Assembly: GCA_965262715.1 (NCBI GenBank)
Contig: OZ253553.1
Location: 2,848,001-2,912,000 of the forward strand
Direction of reading: 5' to 3'
DNA length: 64,000 nucleotides
DNA from: Bdellovibrionales bacterium
GTDB lineage: Bacteria; Bdellovibrionota; Bdellovibrionia; Bdellovibrionales; JAUICD01
Positions 42,403 to 53,803 of the stretch are shown one piece after another. The notes beneath the pieces are model-generated. The model did no database searches. It was not told where the DNA came from and saw only the letters and a list, made by a program, of their open reading frames with translations. The stretch's first letter is position 1, and each line of letters opens with the position of its first letter. The position numbers and the translations under genes were made by a program.

Positions 42403-43194
42403 TTAGCTGCCACCATCTACCGTTAATACAGAACCTGTTACCCAAGTGGTTTTCATAAGATAATCGACAGCCTCAACTACATCTTGCGCTTGCCCCATAC
42501 GTCCTAAAGGAGATATCTGATGACATCTTTTAATAGCCACTTGAGAGGTTTTATCTGTTTTTTCATAAAAATCATGTATAGGAGTATAAATAATACCTGG
42601 ATTGATAGAGTTTACACAAATACGATACTCTGACCACTCCATTGCTAAAGACCTTGTCCAATTGTTCATAGCAGCCTTAGAAGCAGAATAGATGGAGGTA
42701 TAAGCAATCGGGTCCTGCGCTAAACTTGAAGATATATTAATTACATGTGGAGACCCTGCTTTCTTCAGCAACTTAAAAATACCTTTTGTGATACGGAAAG
42801 CGCCAAAAAGATTAGTTTGAAAATGCATAGACCAATCATCTTCATTAGATTCTAAAAAAGATTGCCTGTTAATACGTCCTGCATTATTGACCAATAAGTC
42901 TATAGTATCTGTCCATTTTTGAATTTTTTGCAGGGCTTTTTTAACATTAGAAGACTTAGAAATATCTGTAATTAAAATAAGAGGTGGATGAGTCAACTCA
43001 GAAGCTACAGCATTCAATTTTTTTTTATCACGTCCTAAAATAGCTACTTGAAAATCATGAGCATCAAGGTGCTGAGCAATAGCAGCACCAATACCAGAAC
43101 TTGCCCCTGTTATAATAGCTCTTTTTAAATGACTTTTCTTCACCATTCTCTCCTTATATCTATTTATCATAAAGTGACCTTGTGGCACAAACAT
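42403..43194 (-). CDS. SDR family oxidoreductase
   Basis: ITGASSGIG, LVNNAG, YSASK, VTGSVLTVDGG. Confidence 0.92.
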   Translation of the reverse strand: MFVPQGHFMINRYKERMVKKSHLKRAIITGASSGIGAAIAQHLDAHDFQVAILGRDKKKLNAVASELTHPPLILITDISKSSNVKKALQKIQKWTDTIDLLVNNAGRINRQSFLESNEDDWSMHFQTNLFGAFRITKGIFKLLKKAGSPHVINISSSLAQDPIAYTSIYSASKAAMNNWTRSLAMEWSEYRICVNSINPGIIYTPIHDFYEKTDKTSQVAIKRCHQISPLGRMGQAQDVVEAVDYLMKTTWVTGSVLTVDGGS

Positions 43195-43230
43195 CGGTTG
43201 TCATTTTTTATATATACTAAGGTTTGTAGT

Positions 43231-43527
43231 AGGCTTATTCACTAGCAGCAGAGGGCCTTTGGCCACCATATCCTAATATAATATTAATGCCATAGCCTTG
43301 TTGCACGAATATTGACGCTATTACATTGGGTTACCATTAGCGTCTTTTGGCAGGCTTGTGAACTAACTCAGGCCAGAGCATTATGAGGTAAAGATTTTAA
43401 AAGAACTTTTATTCTATAATTAATTATAAAAGTAATAGAAATTCATTGCACGGGGGTTGCCTGTTGCTAGTGAATAAGCCTGCCAAAAGACGCTGCTAAT
43501 ACATACAAATATTTGTGCAACAAGGCC
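43231..43527. mobile_element. Interlocked MITE-like inverted repeats, including IS5-type ends
   Basis: IR pairs at 43231/43481, 43294/43527 and 43339/43494. Confidence 0.6.
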
Positions 43528-43690
43528 ACAATCAAGTAAACAGGTGTTTCGGTAGTTGTTAGCGGTTTGTGTTGAGTGCCATGTATTTTGATTCCGGTTA
43601 CATATGCCGCCGGTTTGCCGGATTTCCGGAAAAAGTAGTTATGAACTTATTTTTTTAAGTTGGTTTTTAAATATTTGGAAGAATAGATAA

Positions 43691-43722
43691 AAGAAAGGAT
43701 ACTTATTTAAGTATCCTTTCTT
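43691..43722 (-). terminator. Putative intrinsic terminator
   Basis: aagaaaggatactta/taagtatcctttctt hairpin downstream of 43794..44747. Confidence 0.6.
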
Positions 43723-43793
43723 CTTGTTAATATAGGAGGTATTCAATTAATCAATAACTCTCTCTATAAAAAAGCTCACATCTTTTCTTTTTT

Positions 43794-44747
43794 TTAAAGA
43801 GCAACACCAGCAGTAGCAAGTCTACGAGAATATACTTGACATACGTCAGAAGTCAAAGTGTTAAGTCTTCTTATCAATGCCGCTATAGGTTCTGTAAATG
43901 TACGATGCATTGCATTTAACATCTGATCTGCAGCTGCAGCATAAGTAGTTGTATCAAGACTTACAGCTAATAGAAAACGGGCCATATTTCTAACTGCAGG
44001 ATTGTAAGAACCTTGCCACCCACGAATGCACACCTCTGCCCGCTCGCCTAAAAGAGCAATGTGAACCTTATCTACTAATGTATTAAGATGAGTGTATAAT
44101 GTTCTAGCAAGATCAGAAAATTGAGGCATTGCAAAATCTGCCGCTCTTTTCATTAATGCATCTCTAACAGCACCTATGACAATTCTAAAATTGCTTTTCT
44201 CTGTTGCCATTTGACCTGCTGCCTGCGGGCTTAACTGAGCATTACCTGTTGCAAGTTGTAGATCAACAGGTATTTGCTGCACAGCAGTAGGCTGTACATC
44301 AACATCAAAATAACCTGGGCGAACACCTTCTCTTCCAACATCACTTGTGCCAATGATAGTAGAGTAAGCGTTTGCATATTCTAATTGAAATGCTTTTTCA
44401 AGCTCTGCATCTAGCATAGCTAATGAACCTGTAACGTCTTTCATTAATTGTGCATTTCCTTGATGCGATTTAATCATTTGTAGGAGTGATCCAACGCCCG
44501 CGGTTGCAATTATTGCTTCGTTTCCAAGATGGCTTGCTATAGCTGTTCTAAGCCCTGGAAGGACGCTCTTAGACCTAGCAGTAGCAGAGAAACTAGCTAT
44601 AGCCGTGGGATTAGCCTTACTCACTGCACTCACTACTTGTGTTACTCTTGTCAGCACACGAAGAACACTTTGGCCTTTGGCACTTTGTATATTTATAACA
44701 CTTAAAAGCAAGAGAGCACTGACACTAAAAAAAACTGATCGTAACAT
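43794..44747 (-). CDS. Ala-rich secreted hypothetical protein
   Basis: aggagg RBS, signal peptide, 317 aa. Confidence 0.75.
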   Translation of the reverse strand: MLRSVFFSVSALLLLSVINIQSAKGQSVLRVLTRVTQVVSAVSKANPTAIASFSATARSKSVLPGLRTAIASHLGNEAIIATAGVGSLLQMIKSHQGNAQLMKDVTGSLAMLDAELEKAFQLEYANAYSTIIGTSDVGREGVRPGYFDVDVQPTAVQQIPVDLQLATGNAQLSPQAAGQMATEKSNFRIVIGAVRDALMKRAADFAMPQFSDLARTLYTHLNTLVDKVHIALLGERAEVCIRGWQGSYNPAVRNMARFLLAVSLDTTTYAAAADQMLNAMHRTFTEPIAALIRRLNTLTSDVCQVYSRRLATAGVAL

Positions 44748-45044
44748 AAAAACCTCCTAATACATAATTCTAATACATAATTACAACCGTTAATATAAAT
44801 AAATAATTTGTAAGTCTCTTATTCTCTATTATTCAATATTTTGCAAGCAAAAAATAAAAATTTATAACTTATTGTAAAAAATACATGATTTTGTAAATTT
44901 GACATAGTTAGTATAATACAATATAAGCACCTTGTAATGTTCTGCTCATTTCCAATTTCTTTTTATCTTTAAGCCACTTACTGAGTAATAACAAGTGCTT
45001 AAGGATATATCCTGTCTTATGATGAATATTTAACCACTGCGACA

Positions 45045-45060
45045 TGGCATAGTTATTGCT
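45045..45060 (+). promoter_or_regulatory. Putative sigma54 promoter
   Basis: tGGcatagttattGCt, close to TGGCAC-N5-TTGCW consensus. Confidence 0.6.
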
Positions 45061-45147
45061 GTGCTCTACATAAACAACTATTGATCTGGGATATATGGGC
45101 TTATAAAAGCTAAAAAACTGATAAAAGTTTAGGGAGACCTTATATTA

Positions 45148-48100
45148 ATGCAAACAAGACTATTTTCTGCTTTTTCTATAAGGATGCAGTTTCAGCGTTA
45201 TATGATATATATGATCTGCTTTTCTCTATGTGTTGCAAATCCTGGCTTTATTCATCTTGCCTTATCTCAACAGCAATCTCCACCAGCAAATCAAGATCAA
45301 GCAAATCAAGAGGAAGATATACCTGAAAATAATGAGGATAACCTGCAAAACCCCCTTCAAGACAAAGCTGAACTAGATAAGAATAGGCTGCTAGATCACC
45401 CTCTCTACGCAGAGGTATCTCGTTTAGGTGAAGAAGTTGAAAGGCAACGTCAGGCAGCCTGCTGTGAAGATATTCCTGGAGTTGAAAGTCGTAATTTAGA
45501 GCCTCTTAACTCGATCATTCAAAGATATCAACAGGTCAAGCAGTCTGTAGAAGACTATGTTAATGGCAAGACTCCTTTGCAGAATATCCCTACAGAGCAT
45601 ATCAAAGATTATTGCCTTAACCAAGAAGATATCCCAAGAGAATGCCTCCCAATAATAAGACATCTTACAAAGACTTATGCCAATGATGGTTTTTTAGAAT
45701 ACTTAACAGAATATTGTCTTGAGCAAGAAGGGTTCCCAGAAGAATGTCTTCCAATAATAGAGCATTTTATCAGAAATAATACTGTTATCGATAATGTGTT
45801 TTTAGAACATCTACAAGAACATTGTCTGAATCAAGAAACGGCACCAGAGGAATGCTCATCAGTTGAACAGTTTAGGTTGTTTTTTATTAACAACAATAAG
45901 GCTGTTATAGAAGAGCCGCTTAATGATGCTTTTAAACCATATTTAGAACAATACTGTTTTAATCAAGAGAGTATGCTCATAGAATGCTTACCTCTTGACG
46001 TGTTGAGATTAGATTTTATCAACAACAGTAAAGCTCTTATAAATCGACTTAATGATATTTTTACACCATATTTAGAGCGATACTGCTTTAACCAGGAAGA
46101 TATACCTATGCCTGAGGAATGTTTATCAATTGAAAATATTAAATCGTCTCTTAATATAATCAACAATATCATTTTTATGGGGTTAATCCTATCGATTGCT
46201 TATAAAATTGTGTTAACCCAAATGTATTTAGGAACAACCTTAAACGAGATAGATCTTTCTCCTTTTACTTTATCAGTTAATAGAAATACATATATAGATG
46301 GCCAACAAGCTGATGATTGTTTACAAAATACAGATACTTTTCTTAACGATGAAATTAATAGAAGTTTAGGGTTAAGTTTTTCAAATGCTAAGACAACTGA
46401 ACATGAAGAGGAAGAAGGACAATGTTTTCACAATATTGAAATAGACCAATCAGTATTCATAGAGTCTCAGTTTGCAATTGAAATGTCTAAAGATTCCGAT
46501 GATGCTCTCATTCAATTTCTGCTTTACCCTATCTTAGAAAATTATTATGAAAGTCTTTTTACTATACAAATATTGAAAGGAGTTAGGTCTGAAGATATTG
46601 ATCTTCCTGGTATTGATATCCTTTCTCAAAATACAACTTTTTCTATTAATGATCTTATACAAGATACAGTCCAAAGAGAAGCAAAGGTAAAACTTCGAAC
46701 ACTCAATTTCGGTGAAGCTCTCAAAGAAGCCTTTAAGACATTAATTGATGATAATCCACAATGGCTACAAACAACAAGGCTTTATACTCTTGATGCCTTA
46801 AGAGATATTTCAAATGAAACTGGAATACTAATAGATAAAAGCTTACGAGAAAGTATTTATCAAGAAGAGTTTTCTTCTCGTTTTATTTCTAGAATTGAAT
46901 CCACAATCGACGGTGACTTAGGAAATCTCTACTGTGCAAACTGCGAGTCACATACTCTTGAAAGCTATAAACAACAAAGGATTCATAGATCTTTAATGAT
47001 AATATTTCTAACTTCCAAGATTGAAAATATTTGGGAGAATCTTATTGTAGAAGGAGAAGAGGAAGAGGGTAATAGAAGATACAGACTGGGAATTTATCCA
47101 GAAATAGCAACAAAAATCCAGGAAGTTTACACGCCTATTGACAACTCTTTAAAGAATGATCAAGAGCCTCCAGCTAGATACTTAGGATTATTGGAAAGCT
47201 TAGAAGGTTTAGTAGACCAGTGGATTGAGAAAGCATTAGAAATCATGGAGGAACAATCCTTAGAAACACATCCAACACACCAAGAGTACATAGAAGAGAT
47301 TATTCAAGAGGTAAATAGAATATCATTAACAGATCAAAGCCGTCTTTCTGCTTATGCCGTCTACCAAGCTGTCAAATCACAACACGACTTCCCAATTCAT
47401 CCAGAAGTTTCTGCAACTCTAGATCGAATGTTTCTTGTTTCACCCTCTTATCAGAGTGCAAGAGATGCTTTTAATAGCTCTATACTTAGGTTAACAGATG
47501 ATATAAGCAGTTACATTGAAGAGGAAACTGGAGAAACTGAGGAGAGTGATGATCTAAATCAAGTACCTAATAAAATTATTGATCCAAATCAGATAAGAGA
47601 TATTTTAGAAAAGGCCAGTGCAATGGCATTTCAAGGGCGTATGAACCAAGTGGCCGACCAGCAAGGCATGAATGCCAAAAAAAGATCTATAGAATACCTT
47701 CTTGTTGTAGGAGAAGATATGGGCTTTTTCGATGCATATCTTATTCCAGAAGGGCAAGATGAAGAAGATATAGTTCCTCTCATTAGAGACACTATTTTTT
47801 CTCGACTTAATAGATATCCTAAGAGGGAAAAGGGTTTTTGGGATTTCTTTAAGCCATGTTATTATTATTATCTTTCTTCTCCTGTCTTGTGTAAAACAGA
47901 TGCTCAAGTGTATTTAGATATTTACAAAGAACATCAAAAAAGTGAAATACTCAATAAAAACCGGATCCTTTCAGATCGTTATTCTCCGATTGATGGAAAA
48001 CCTCTATTTGAGATCATACAAGATCATTGTGGCCCTGAGATGGATAAAGATATCTGTAGATCTCGTGTTACAAATATTATGATCGAGGCTTTAGAAAGAC

Positions 48101-49290
48101 AAGAGCAAGACATACAAGATAATTTTCAAGAACTTATGAGAGATCTAACCAATGAGGACACTTCAGAGGCTCTTCGAAAAGTCATGTTCGCCTTAGAAGA
48201 AGATGAAGCAGGTATTTTTACGAATCTTCGCACTCATCTCGAAGAAAATCATAGAGCACTATTTGATTTTCACAAAGAGCGTTTGCAAAGTCACTTAGAA
48301 CCTACAGCCTCAGAGAGGTTTGTTGAGAATTATATCAGTAAGCCTGCAGATGACTTAATGCTCTTATCATTTATATTGCTAGCTCCTGAATTTGTAGGAG
48401 GACTCGCTAGATTCGGTAGAACATTTTCGAGTTCCAATAGGCTACTATCTCTGGCAAGTCAGAGCACAAAGACACATCCATTAGCAAGGATGTGGCTGCC
48501 TATCTTTGTTGGCAAAGGATTTGAAAATTATTATGATTATAAGGACATAAGCTCTAGGACAGACTTTATTGAAGACCTTTATTATATATCACCTCAAAGA
48601 AGCGCGCTTGTCGATCAAGCCCAACTTATAATGAGTGAAGAATTAGAAGATGAAGCACACCGTAATGCAGTCATTCTACCTATAGTATTAGGCGGCCTAA
48701 TAGGTGTGATGTTTGTAGGCGGTCTAATAAGATGGTATACAGGATCTAGTGCTTTAAGATGGACTATGAACCGTATGTTGGATGCACGAGTGAGGTCTCT
48801 AGCTGGTTATTACCATAAGAGTGGGTATCGTCCTGGTCATCTTGAAAAGTTAGGAATTAGATACCCAAATAGTACAAAGTGGAGCAGTGCAAAATGGGAA
48901 GGTGAAATAAATGCTTGGGATATGAAGGCTCTAAAAGAGAAAGTCGATATACTCAAACAAAATGCTATTATTCCTGAAGAAGCTGAATCTATTCGAGTAA
49001 GTTGGTATGTTGTTAGCCGTTTTTATAATAGGCACGTGAAATTAGTTAGCAGGGTAAAAGAAGCTAGAAGACAAGTTGGTGCTTCTACTGATCTTAGCTT
49101 TAAAAATGTAGGGGAGACAACTATAGAAGGGCAAATAAGAGCAGGTGGTAGTAGCAGTCGTGTTGGAGATCTTAGAATCTTACAGAAAATGATGCAAAAA
49201 GAAGAAGCTTTATTGAATAGCCTTCGACAACATGAAGAAAATTACCCATTTATACGCAGCCTTATTGATCATTTAAATACACTTCCTTAA
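45148..49290 (+). CDS. Large acidic exported/membrane hypothetical protein (1380 aa)
   Basis: Signal-like N-terminus, five YCxxQExxPxECL repeats, C-terminal hydrophobic segments. Confidence 0.8.
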   Translation: MQTRLFSAFSIRMQFQRYMIYMICFSLCVANPGFIHLALSQQQSPPANQDQANQEEDIPENNEDNLQNPLQDKAELDKNRLLDHPLYAEVSRLGEEVERQRQAACCEDIPGVESRNLEPLNSIIQRYQQVKQSVEDYVNGKTPLQNIPTEHIKDYCLNQEDIPRECLPIIRHLTKTYANDGFLEYLTEYCLEQEGFPEECLPIIEHFIRNNTVIDNVFLEHLQEHCLNQETAPEECSSVEQFRLFFINNNKAVIEEPLNDAFKPYLEQYCFNQESMLIECLPLDVLRLDFINNSKALINRLNDIFTPYLERYCFNQEDIPMPEECLSIENIKSSLNIINNIIFMGLILSIAYKIVLTQMYLGTTLNEIDLSPFTLSVNRNTYIDGQQADDCLQNTDTFLNDEINRSLGLSFSNAKTTEHEEEEGQCFHNIEIDQSVFIESQFAIEMSKDSDDALIQFLLYPILENYYESLFTIQILKGVRSEDIDLPGIDILSQNTTFSINDLIQDTVQREAKVKLRTLNFGEALKEAFKTLIDDNPQWLQTTRLYTLDALRDISNETGILIDKSLRESIYQEEFSSRFISRIESTIDGDLGNLYCANCESHTLESYKQQRIHRSLMIIFLTSKIENIWENLIVEGEEEEGNRRYRLGIYPEIATKIQEVYTPIDNSLKNDQEPPARYLGLLESLEGLVDQWIEKALEIMEEQSLETHPTHQEYIEEIIQEVNRISLTDQSRLSAYAVYQAVKSQHDFPIHPEVSATLDRMFLVSPSYQSARDAFNSSILRLTDDISSYIEEETGETEESDDLNQVPNKIIDPNQIRDILEKASAMAFQGRMNQVADQQGMNAKKRSIEYLLVVGEDMGFFDAYLIPEGQDEEDIVPLIRDTIFSRLNRYPKREKGFWDFFKPCYYYYLSSPVLCKTDAQVYLDIYKEHQKSEILNKNRILSDRYSPIDGKPLFEIIQDHCGPEMDKDICRSRVTNIMIEALERQEQDIQDNFQELMRDLTNEDTSEALRKVMFALEEDEAGIFTNLRTHLEENHRALFDFHKERLQSHLEPTASERFVENYISKPADDLMLLSFILLAPEFVGGLARFGRTFSSSNRLLSLASQSTKTHPLARMWLPIFVGKGFENYYDYKDISSRTDFIEDLYYISPQRSALVDQAQLIMSEELEDEAHRNAVILPIVLGGLIGVMFVGGLIRWYTGSSALRWTMNRMLDARVRSLAGYYHKSGYRPGHLEKLGIRYPNSTKWSSAKWEGEINAWDMKALKEKVDILKQNAIIPEEAESIRVSWYVVSRFYNRHVKLVSRVKEARRQVGASTDLSFKNVGETTIEGQIRAGGSSSRVGDLRILQKMMQKEEALLNSLRQHEENYPFIRSLIDHLNTLP

Positions 49291-49295
49291 AACAG

Positions 49296-49329
49296 AAAAC
49301 CCCTTTAACTGAAACTAAAGGGGTTTTTT
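49296..49329. terminator. Bidirectional intrinsic terminator
   Basis: aaaaccccttta...taaaggggtttttt between convergent genes. Confidence 0.75.
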
Positions 49330-49393
49330 GTTTTAACAATATCTTTTCTAAATTATTTTCTTTAAAGACAGAAAATATAGAAAAAAGTATAGG

Positions 49394-51061
<1,668 letters not shown>

Positions 51062-51079
51062 CTATTACCTTTAATTTAT

Positions 51080-51391
51080 TTAATTGATAATCCCTAAAAC
51101 ATCATCTTCACGAATCATCAAATATTCCTCTCCCTTTAGCTTTAATTCAGTGCCAGCATATTTGCTAAATAGAATCTGATCACCGCTCTTAACCTCTAAA
51201 GGCAGATATTTTCCATGTTCAGTTTTTTTACCAGAACCAACAGCTATAACACGTCCCTCTTGAGGTTTTTCCTTAGCCGTTTCTGGAATGTAAATACCCC
51301 CAGCTGTCTTCTCCTCTTCAGATAATCGTTGTATCAAAAGGCGATCATGAAGAGGTCGAACCCCAACTGTAGTCGTCATTGTATTGTCCAT
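51080..51391 (-). CDS. groS: Co-chaperonin GroES
   Basis: RPLHDR, TAGGIYIPETAKEKP, FSKYAGTE. Confidence 0.97.
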   Translation of the reverse strand: MDNTMTTTVGVRPLHDRLLIQRLSEEEKTAGGIYIPETAKEKPQEGRVIAVGSGKKTEHGKYLPLEVKSGDQILFSKYAGTELKLKGEEYLMIREDDVLGIIN

Positions 51392-51613
51392 AACTTATCC
51401 TCCCTATAAAAATAATAAAATTATCCAACTATCAGCAATATTGTGATGTGACATGCTAATGTCAAGGGTAAAAACATCTTTTTTCATAAATTTTATCTAG
51501 ACAAGCAAATATCTTGCCGGAAAACCACAACAAGTCATTCATAGTAAGTCACAGCCTTATTTAAGCTTTAAATCAAATTATAATGACTTTTCAAAATGAT
51601 ATGATGTGCCATG

Positions 51614-52064
51614 CTGTTTCCCTAAAAATAGTCTGGCCTCTGTATCACTAAAGTGCATCTCGTCTGTGTTTCCCTAAAAATAGTCTGGCCTCTGGCCACT
51701 TTCTGGCAGTAAGCCTGACAGTTTACACTGTCAGCAAATAGCTTACTGCCTAGAAAGCCTGACTATTTTTAGGAGGGAGATACTCTTCGCTTCTTTACAA
51801 AATGTTAAGGAAATTGAGCTAAAGTGATTTTTTAGGAAAAAAGATTCTTCAGTTCTGTTTCACTAAAATGCATCTCGTCTGTGTTTCCCTAAAAATAGTC
51901 TGGCCTCTGGCCACTTTCTGACAGTAAGCCTGACAGTTTACACTGTCAGCAAATAGCTTACTGCCTAGAAAGCCTGACTATTTTTAGGAGGGAGATACTC
52001 TTCGTTTTTTTACAAAATGTTAAGGAAATCGAGCTAAAGTGGTTTTTTAGGAAAAAAGATTCTT
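51614..52064 (-). repeat. Two tandem (215-bp period) slightly diverged hairpin-element copies H4a/H4b, each with the grxD 3' end
   Basis: 51640-51849 ~ 51855-52064; stems ctaaaaatagtc/gactatttttag, cagtaagc/gcttactg, ctgacagt-ttac-actgtcag. Confidence 0.88.
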
Positions 52065-52355
52065 AAGCTCTCCTGACTCATACATTTCTGTCATGATGTC
52101 AGATCCACCAATTAACTCTTTGTTCACATAGAGTTGAGGGATGGTTGGCCACTGACCATAAGCTTTAATGCCTTCTCTTATCTCTGGGTCTTCTAATACA
52201 TCCACATCTTGGAAGTTGACATTGAGTTCTTTAAGAATAGCTACTGATCTAGCTGAAAAACCACATTGTGGAAAATTAACAGTCCCCTTCATAAATAACA
52301 CAACATTGTTTTTATCTAAAATTTCTTGAATTTTTGATTGGGTGTCTTCACTCAT
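52047..52355 (-). CDS. grxD: Monothiol glutaredoxin Grx4
   Basis: LFMKG..PQCGFS, WPTIPQLYV, IGGSDI. Confidence 0.95.
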   Translation of the reverse strand: MSEDTQSKIQEILDKNNVVLFMKGTVNFPQCGFSARSVAILKELNVNFQDVDVLEDPEIREGIKAYGQWPTIPQLYVNKELIGGSDIMTEMYESGELKNLFS

Positions 52356-52379
52356 TTTTTACCTCTTTCTCTGTTTTAT

Positions 52380-52601
52380 TTATTTTATATTAATGGTTAA
52401 TGCATGTATTTCCCCACTTTTAAGTTGCTCTTCAAAAACACTCATAACTAAGCGATGAGAGGCAATTCTCGACATTTTTGATAGCTGGCTACAAGATATA
52501 GTAAGTTGATAATGGTTATTTGTTCCCGTTAAGTCAATAACCTCCATCTTAGTATTAGGATATTGTTTCAAAAAATGCTGTTTAACTTCATCACTTTGCA
52601 T
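52380..52601 (-). CDS. BolA/IbaG family protein (likely start ATG 52601)
   Basis: DLTGTNNHY, RIASHRLV, IHALTI; adjacent to grxD. Confidence 0.88.
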   Translation of the reverse strand: MQSDEVKQHFLKQYPNTKMEVIDLTGTNNHYQLTISCSQLSKMSRIASHRLVMSVFEEQLKSGEIHALTINIK

Positions 52602-52635
52602 ACAAAGCCTCTTGTTATCAACTTTAAAGTAGTGT

Positions 52636-52935
52636 TTATAAATAACTGTGTATTTTATTTTTTTCAAGAACAAAATCCACTGATGTTTTTGTCCCTTTTT
52701 TTATGTTACAACCTTGACAAGAAATAACTATATTTAATTTTGATGAATGGCCTCCTCTTGCAAGAGGTAGTTTATGATCCATTGTCAGCTCATCGGTAGC
52801 AAAGGTTTTTTGACAATAATAACAAATACCTTCTTTGAGCTTTTGTCTCCACCATTTTGTAGACCTTAATTGTTTCGCTTTAAGTCTCTCCTTTTGAAGA
52901 TGAGACTTTGATTGGGGTTTATAAAAAGTTGTCAA
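52636..52935 (-). CDS. Small HNH endonuclease
   Basis: CYYC, LTMDHKLPLARGG, NIVISCQGCNIKK. Confidence 0.88.
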   Translation of the reverse strand: MTTFYKPQSKSHLQKERLKAKQLRSTKWWRQKLKEGICYYCQKTFATDELTMDHKLPLARGGHSSKLNIVISCQGCNIKKGTKTSVDFVLEKNKIHSYL

Positions 52936-53173
52936 AACACAAATCCTTAATTGTTACTTCTAGAGACTCTATTTTATTAGCACTTGCTTTTATAGGGATA
53001 TTATTATACATTTAGCTATCTTGTGTGTTTTTATATATCTCATGATGCTGAAAATGTCAAAAAACAAATAGCTATTTCAATGATTATGATGAGGTGATAT
53101 AATAATATGAATACAAGTCAAAATGAGTGGTACATCTAAAAAATAAAATTCATATATGAGGGTGTTATAATCA

Positions 53174-53773
53174 ATGCAAAATCAAAGACATGCAGACTAT
53201 GTCATAGAAGACCTTAAAAAAGAAACACAAGGCCTTTTAGAGACAGCAGCTCTTACAACATCTTTTGACAAGTTTATGGCTTGGGGGCGTAAAAACTCTT
53301 TATGGCCTCTGCCTTATGGTACAGCTTGTTGTGGGATTGAATTGATGTCAGTCCTAGGTCCTAAATATGATCTGGCTCGCTTTGGCGCAGAGGTTGTAAG
53401 ATTTTCTCCAAGACAATCTGATCTTTTATTAGTGGCAGGAACCATCACAGAAAAAATGGCTCCAGTCTTAATTCATATTTATAAACAAATGTTGGAACCT
53501 AAATATGTGCTTTCTATGGGAGCTTGCGCTAGTTCAGGTGGTTTTTATAGGGCTTATCATGTTCTCCAAGGTATTGACAAAGTGATTCCTGTAGATGTGT
53601 ATGTTCCCGGATGCCCTCCTACACCTGAGGCTGTCCTTGACGGAGTTATGGTTTTACAAAAGATGATTGAAGCTAATAGACCTCGTCCATGGAAAGACAA
53701 CTGGAAGGATACTTGGAAGCCTCATGATTATCAAAAAAGGCAAGATCAAGTGGAATCTTCTCATACAGAATAA
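53174..53773 (+). CDS. nuoB: NADH-quinone oxidoreductase subunit B
   Basis: [31 protein letters not shown]. Confidence 0.96.
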   Translation: MQNQRHADYVIEDLKKETQGLLETAALTTSFDKFMAWGRKNSLWPLPYGTACCGIELMSVLGPKYDLARFGAEVVRFSPRQSDLLLVAGTITEKMAPVLIHIYKQMLEPKYVLSMGACASSGGFYRAYHVLQGIDKVIPVDVYVPGCPPTPEAVLDGVMVLQKMIEANRPRPWKDNWKDTWKPHDYQKRQDQVESSHTE

Positions 53774-53803
53774 TCTTAAAGCAATTACATAAGTAGGAAT
53801 GAA

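Noticed and set aside
51392..51610. CIRCE operator upstream of groES
   Set aside because: No TTAGCACTC-N9-GAGTGCTAA; only a weak tgacat...atgtca inverted repeat.
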